Shown: one piece after another, positions 59,158 through 64,000 of the stretch
Layout: every line of letters starts with the position of its first letter
Position numbering within the stretch: the first letter of the stretch is position 1
From: Terriglobia bacterium
GTDB taxonomy: Bacteria; Acidobacteriota; Terriglobia; 20CM-2-55-15
Length of the DNA: 64,000 nt
Assembly (NCBI GenBank): GCA_963664115.2
Contig: CAXWPJ010000002.1
Coordinates: 928,001-992,000, forward strand
Direction of reading: 5' to 3'
Made by a program: the position numbers and the translations under genes
The notes under the pieces: model-generated
The model's database searches: none
Told to the model about the DNA's origin: nothing
Seen by the model: only the letters and a program-made list of their open reading frames with translations

Positions 59158-61092
59158 CTACCGGGGTTGAGACACGACGTCCACCAGTGCAGTCTCACCA
59201 TTTTCGACGCGCTCCACTGCACGCCGCAAGGCCGGTCCAACTTCGCTTGGGTCGCTGATCGGTCCCTCCCCATAGAGTCCCATGCCTCGCGCCACCGTCG
59301 CGTAGTCGATGTCCGGATCGGAAATGTCGTTGCCGATCCCGGCCGTGTTAATGGCCCGCTGGCGCCAATTGGCCATGCGCTGCAGATGCATGACCTCCTG
59401 ATGATATGCCCGGTTGTTGTGCATCAGGAACAGCATCGGAATGCGGTGATGCACGGCGGTCCAGAGGGCTCCCGGCGCGCACATCAGGTCGCCGTCGGTC
59501 TGAAAGGCGACGCAAAAACGCCCGTATTTCCGGTGAGCGAGCGCGGCCCCAACGGCAATCGGCAGCCGTGCGCCTACGGCTGCAGCGCCGTTTGACCCGA
59601 CATTTTCTATCGTCTGGTGGTAATGCTCGAAATTCCACAAGGGGGGACTTCCGCCATTGACCAAAGCCCAGTCCTTGTTACGAACCACCTCCCATAACTC
59701 AGCCCACAATCGCGCAGTGCTGACTGGGCTGGCGTCCCAGCCGCTGGCCGCTTGGGTTCGCGCCCCGGCCAATGCCCTGTCCTTGGCCGCACTCAGTGTC
59801 TTTCCTCTCTCCTCAAATACCCGCCTCCGGTCACCGGTGATCAACCGTTTGCAGGCTTCAATCAACGATGGGAGAGTCGCCTCGGCGTCAGCAGCGATGG
59901 CAAGATCCACCTCCGCGTAGCGCTGGAAGTCCTGGTAGTTACTCTTAATGAACAGGTCATTTGAATCGATGCTGATCAGCTTGGTCCCAGGTTGCGTCCT
60001 TCGGCTGAAAGTCTTCTCCGGCAGATCACGCATATTGTGAACAGTGCCCCACAAATCTTCCACCTGCATGCCCAGGATCACGTCCGCCGCCCCGATTGCA
60101 CCACCTCCGCTCAGGGGATGGCGACTGGGCATATTGCGACTGTATCCCCGCACCGGCACCTGGAGCGTCTCTGCGAGTTCGACCATCAAATCCATTCCCT
60201 GCTGTGAGCGGGCCACATTTCCGCCGACGATCACGGGGTTTTCCGCCCCCACCAGCAACTGGGCCACCTCAGCCACTGCTCCCGGGTCACCGGCTGGCGG
60301 GCTTGTCCGTGTCAGCTTCGGAATATGTAAGCGGGATCGGTCCTCGATTGGAGCCTCCTGCAGGTGGCCATCCGCGACCAGTACTGTTGGCGCCGTCGGG
60401 ACCGTCATCCCAATCTTGTAAGCCCGTACCGCCGACTCGGCGAAATGTTGAAGCGAATGCGGCGTGTCATCCCACTTGATATAGTCGCGAACCATAGCTG
60501 TCGCATCCTGGACGCTGTGATTCCACTCCACGCCCGGTCGTCGGCCAGTGGCATCGAGGTGGTTTCCAAGAATGATGAACACAGGAGTGTGAGCGCAGAA
60601 GGCATGGTAGATGGTCATCGCCGCGTGCTGCAGACCGACCGTTCCGTGCGCTATGGCCAACATGGGCTTGCCTTCGACTCTGAAATACCCGTCGGCTATG
60701 GCAATCGAGGATTCCTCGTGGAGGCATGTCAACCACTCGGGAGCCTGGTTTCCCCCATAGTTGATGAATGACTCTTGCAGTCCACGGAAACTCGAGCCTG
60801 GCATCGAAGCGACATACTCAAAGCCCAGAGATTTGATGACATCCACCATGAAATCCGAACCGGGATCGTCGATCGTACGCAGAACATCGATTTGCTGAGA
60901 AACCGGTTCCGTTTCAGCCGCCAACTGTGCAGGTGATGGGGGTGGGGCCGCACCCCGCTGCAGCTGACCGGCCGGTTCAGCCTTTGCGTTCGGAGTCTCT
61001 ACAACCATGCCTGCTGCCCCAGCGGCAGCCCCAACGGCAGCGCCTTTCAGAAAGCCACGGCGATTAAGGGAGCCTTTTCTGGATTTCTCCAT
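59158..61092 (-). CDS. Tat-exported thiamine diphosphate-dependent enzyme (ALS/benzoylformate decarboxylase superfamily)
   Basis: NRRGFLKG Tat motif; PGSS, HEE and variant ThDP motif TDGD...HNN. Confidence 0.88.
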   Translation of the reverse strand: MEKSRKGSLNRRGFLKGAAVGAAAGAAGMVVETPNAKAEPAGQLQRGAAPPPSPAQLAAETEPVSQQIDVLRTIDDPGSDFMVDVIKSLGFEYVASMPGSSFRGLQESFINYGGNQAPEWLTCLHEESSIAIADGYFRVEGKPMLAIAHGTVGLQHAAMTIYHAFCAHTPVFIILGNHLDATGRRPGVEWNHSVQDATAMVRDYIKWDDTPHSLQHFAESAVRAYKIGMTVPTAPTVLVADGHLQEAPIEDRSRLHIPKLTRTSPPAGDPGAVAEVAQLLVGAENPVIVGGNVARSQQGMDLMVELAETLQVPVRGYSRNMPSRHPLSGGGAIGAADVILGMQVEDLWGTVHNMRDLPEKTFSRRTQPGTKLISIDSNDLFIKSNYQDFQRYAEVDLAIAADAEATLPSLIEACKRLITGDRRRVFEERGKTLSAAKDRALAGARTQAASGWDASPVSTARLWAELWEVVRNKDWALVNGGSPPLWNFEHYHQTIENVGSNGAAAVGARLPIAVGAALAHRKYGRFCVAFQTDGDLMCAPGALWTAVHHRIPMLFLMHNNRAYHQEVMHLQRMANWRQRAINTAGIGNDISDPDIDYATVARGMGLYGEGPISDPSEVGPALRRAVERVENGETALVDVVSQPR

Positions 61093-61520
61093 CGATCTTC
61101 TCCTTCCGAGTTTTGTCTCGCGCCTCGTATGTCTTAAGCGTCAGAGTCGCAGCCTGAGTCACAATCGCATCTTTAACAAACAAGAATGTGAGGCTGTCAA
61201 AAGCAAGATACACCCTAACCTTTAATAATGCTATTACTCTCCTACTATCCGGGTGAAGCCGCTTCACGCCCCGAAAATCGGCCGAATACAATCACGCAGG
61301 GTGTAGCCCGTCAGAGCATTTCGCACAGAATTCACTGAAAGACTAAGAAACACTTTTCTCATCGGGGGAAGACCATCCGATTGGCGTCGCTGACAAGGCT
61401 GACGCTACTCAAGATGAATTTCTTACTTCCTCCGTTCAGAAACAGAATGATTGAGTAGGAGCGGATAAGCGATATAAGCAGGGGCTGACGACTATGGCAG
61501 CGCTGACAGTGCAGTCTTAT

Positions 61521-61554
61521 GGGTGTTATGTCAACCCGCGCGCGGGGGCAGGCC
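61521..61554 (+). repeat. Direct repeat copy 2 containing a XerD/dif-like arm
   Basis: See 58648-58681. Confidence 0.8.
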
Positions 61555-61664
61555 GCCGGGGATTCCAGCAACGACACGTTCAGTGGGCCCGTCACATACA
61601 ACAGATGACGCTCGGATATTTCCGCTCGGACGCGAAGCGCACGCTCGATCCGCCCGTGTGCGGC

Positions 61665-62255
61665 TCACTGTCTGTCCGCGGAGCGCCCGATCGTACCGTA
61701 GTAGCTGCTGGCACCCACGATGTGGCCATCGATGGCGTTCAGCACGTCCTCCCGGGTCGCATTCGCTGGGAGCGTCAGCATCTGGTCGAGCGCATACAGC
61801 TTGAATTGATAGTGGAGGGCGCCTACGCCCGGCGGCGCGCACGGCGCCCGGTATCCCACAATCCCGCGGCCTTCGACCTGGCGGCTGCCATCCGGCAGCT
61901 CGGCGCCAAGCGGCACATTCTGCGGGAGTTCGGTCGTGCCGGCCGGGATGTTCCAGCGTACCCAGAAGAATGCTTGAGTCAGACTTCCGCCTTGGTGATT
62001 GTCGGGCGCGACCACCATGAACGTGAAGCTTGCCGTGTCCTCCGGCGCGAAGTTCCACTGCAGCGGGGGCGAGACGGCATTGCCGCCTTCGGCGTAACAG
62101 GTGTACGCCAATGGCAGCGGACCGGCATCGCGGAAGGCAGTGCTTGTGAGCTTCAGCCTGGGCGGCCGCGCCTCCTCCCGTTGCGCAAGGGCGGCGCTGA
62201 CCATTCCCGTCAGCAGGAGCACTGCACCAAGCAGGCCCCCGATCACGATACGCAT
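61665..62255 (-). CDS. YbhB/YbcL (PEBP, Raf kinase inhibitor-like) periplasmic protein
   Basis: GAAGGAG RBS, signal peptide; LTSTAF, SPPLQW, GY..PCAP.G and HYQFKLYALD. Confidence 0.88.
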   Translation of the reverse strand: MRIVIGGLLGAVLLLTGMVSAALAQREEARPPRLKLTSTAFRDAGPLPLAYTCYAEGGNAVSPPLQWNFAPEDTASFTFMVVAPDNHQGGSLTQAFFWVRWNIPAGTTELPQNVPLGAELPDGSRQVEGRGIVGYRAPCAPPGVGALHYQFKLYALDQMLTLPANATREDVLNAIDGHIVGASSYYGTIGRSADRQ

Positions 62256-62488
62256 GTCGCCTTTGACTCCTTCAGATCGAACTGCAGACTGAGGACCCGG
62301 ATTCATCAACCGCCATCCCGGTGCCGACCGGGCACCGCACATGGCATTCGCGACGACACGTAGGCCGCGACCGCGTACGCCCAGGCAGGGATGTCCGTCC
62401 GGGCCCGAAGTACGCCACCGACCGTCACCGTCGTGCAACCCGCAGCCACCAAAGCAATGAATATGCGCATCGTTCGAATCTCGTGAGG

Positions 62489-63460
62489 CTACTTCGCGCG
62501 GGTGCTCAGTCCCTGCGCAAGGGTCTGTATCTTGAATACCGCTCCGGCACCGACTATGTAGAGGGTCCTCCTGTCCGGACCGGCAAACGCGACGTTCTGG
62601 GGCTTTCTCAGGTTGAAGCTCTCGCCTCCCCAGACGGCCGGAATGACGCCCAGATGTTCTCCCTGCGGGCTGAACACTTCGACACCCACGTTCGTCGCCA
62701 CGTAGAGGCGCCCCGCGCTGTCGACCGCCAGACCGTCCGCCCCGTTGTCCTCCGCCAGCAACCGGTCCTGGTGTCCCGGCACGGTGACGCTCTGGTACTT
62801 CGCGAACTGACGCCGATTTGCCAGCGTGCCGTCCGGCGCCACGTCGAACGCCAGCAGATACTCGCCGTCCTTGTCGTTGGCGTAGAGCGTCTTCTCGTCC
62901 GGGCTCAGCAGCACACCATTCGGACTGGCAATGCGTTGCTCGACCCTGGTCACCTGGCCGCCATCCGGGGGCAGGTAGTAGATCCCCTCCTGGTCCGTGA
63001 AGTAGACGTCGCCGCGCGCACCCACCACGAGGTCATTGAGACGACTGAACGGCTTCCCCTCGAAACTGTCCGCCAGTACGGTTTCGCTGCCCGGCGGATA
63101 CAGCACGCCGACCTTCTCGTTCCCCGGCGGGCGCTGCACGGAAATCAGGCGGCCCTGCGGGTCGAACCCCACCGCATTCGCCGCGTTGGAGGGCTCGACG
63201 AAGGTGGATACGTTGCCGTCCCCGTCGATCCTCGTAATGCGGTCGGCGTCGGAGAAGAGGAGGCTCCCGTCCGGCATGCCCACAGGACCTTCGGTCCGCC
63301 GAAATCCGGCCTGGACCACTTCGATCGGCGTGCCGCCAGCAACCACGCCGGCGATGGCCGGCGCGACGAGTTCGGTCGGCGGTGGAATCTGCGGCCGGCC
63401 CTGCGGGTGGGCAGCAAGGCCGGACAGCAGGACGAGCGACGGTATCAGTGTTAGCTTCAT
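62489..63460 (-). CDS. SMP-30/gluconolactonase/LRE-family secreted protein
   Basis: TEGP, RLNDL, PNG..LSPDEKTLY, ADGLAVD and NVAFAG. Confidence 0.92.
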   Translation of the reverse strand: MKLTLIPSLVLLSGLAAHPQGRPQIPPPTELVAPAIAGVVAGGTPIEVVQAGFRRTEGPVGMPDGSLLFSDADRITRIDGDGNVSTFVEPSNAANAVGFDPQGRLISVQRPPGNEKVGVLYPPGSETVLADSFEGKPFSRLNDLVVGARGDVYFTDQEGIYYLPPDGGQVTRVEQRIASPNGVLLSPDEKTLYANDKDGEYLLAFDVAPDGTLANRRQFAKYQSVTVPGHQDRLLAEDNGADGLAVDSAGRLYVATNVGVEVFSPQGEHLGVIPAVWGGESFNLRKPQNVAFAGPDRRTLYIVGAGAVFKIQTLAQGLSTRAK

Positions 63461-63472
63461 ATCCAACTCACC

Positions 63473-63718
63473 TCAGCGGTTTCGATTCATTTCCTGGTCG
63501 AACAGCTTCTGGAATTGCTCGGGGTTCGCGTCTTTTCTCTCGATGAAGAAGTACGCGTGCGGATTTTCCCAGTCGACATCGGTCAGCGTGCCGGTGAACT
63601 CGCCGCAGTTCGATGCGTCGAACTCGGCTGCAAACGAGTGATACGCCGATGCCGGCGCGGCCGCTAACAGGCAGGCGGCCATGACGAGCACACTCAGCAG
63701 ATGCAGGGGATGTCGCAT
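63473..63718 (-). pseudogene. Truncated DUF6152-family gene
   Basis: Signal ASA|YHSFAAEFD and GTLTDVDWENPH, then an unrelated tail; only 81 aa. Confidence 0.65.
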
Positions 63719-64000
63719 TACGGTTGCCCCGAAGAGAATGACTTTTTGTACCCCACTTCTTAGGGGGTTGTCCATAGCTAATCTGCTGAAAGGGAAGAAC
63801 GAAATTCCCGAGTTCGTTTTCCTCGGGCCGGGCGTTCTGCTGAAGGATGGAAGCCGTACGGAGGGCAAGCCCGTCGACATGAACAATAGGCATTAAGGCT
63901 AAGGAATCGACACGTCGGATCCATGCTCTGAATTGTCATGAAATGTTGCAATCCTGTGCGGCGCTAAAGACTGCAGCGGACACCTTCCGATACCGAGAGT

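Noticed and set aside
1-64000. CRISPR arrays, tRNA/rRNA genes, prophage genes, intein in dnaE
   Set aside because: No regularly spaced repeats, cloverleaf or rRNA signatures, or phage genes seen by eye; DnaE is normal length.

Overview
Chromosomal window from a moderately GC-rich bacterium. Gene content and order (Pal with an Ig-like insert, psd-pssA, dnaE-accA, UPF0182, DUF6152, many Tat/Sec-exported proteins) suggest Acidobacteriota; this is an inference. The core runs from about 9 to 53 kb and carries mutS, tsaB/rimI, psd/pssA, guaA, dnaE, accA, msrPQ, ssb, tol-pal, recN and hemF. Two accessory zones flank it: about 2.3-9 kb (DUF6152 pair, SoxCD-like sulfite dehydrogenase, IS256, IS630 and an IS630 relic) and about 53-64 kb (IS1380, gene remnants, and a cluster of exported proteins). 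Best leads: (1) a Tat-exported thiamine-diphosphate enzyme paired with a c-type cytochrome and bracketed by two direct repeats containing a XerD/dif-like arm; (2) a GGCT-like + tandem double-psi-barrel protein with a hidden frameshifted 2-TM tail; (3) the DUF6152/partner periplasmic pair with an N-terminal His motif; (4) two inverted, near-identical IS1380 copies that target CTAG. I saw no rRNA, tRNA or CRISPR array. Family calls come from motif recognition by eye, not database searches.
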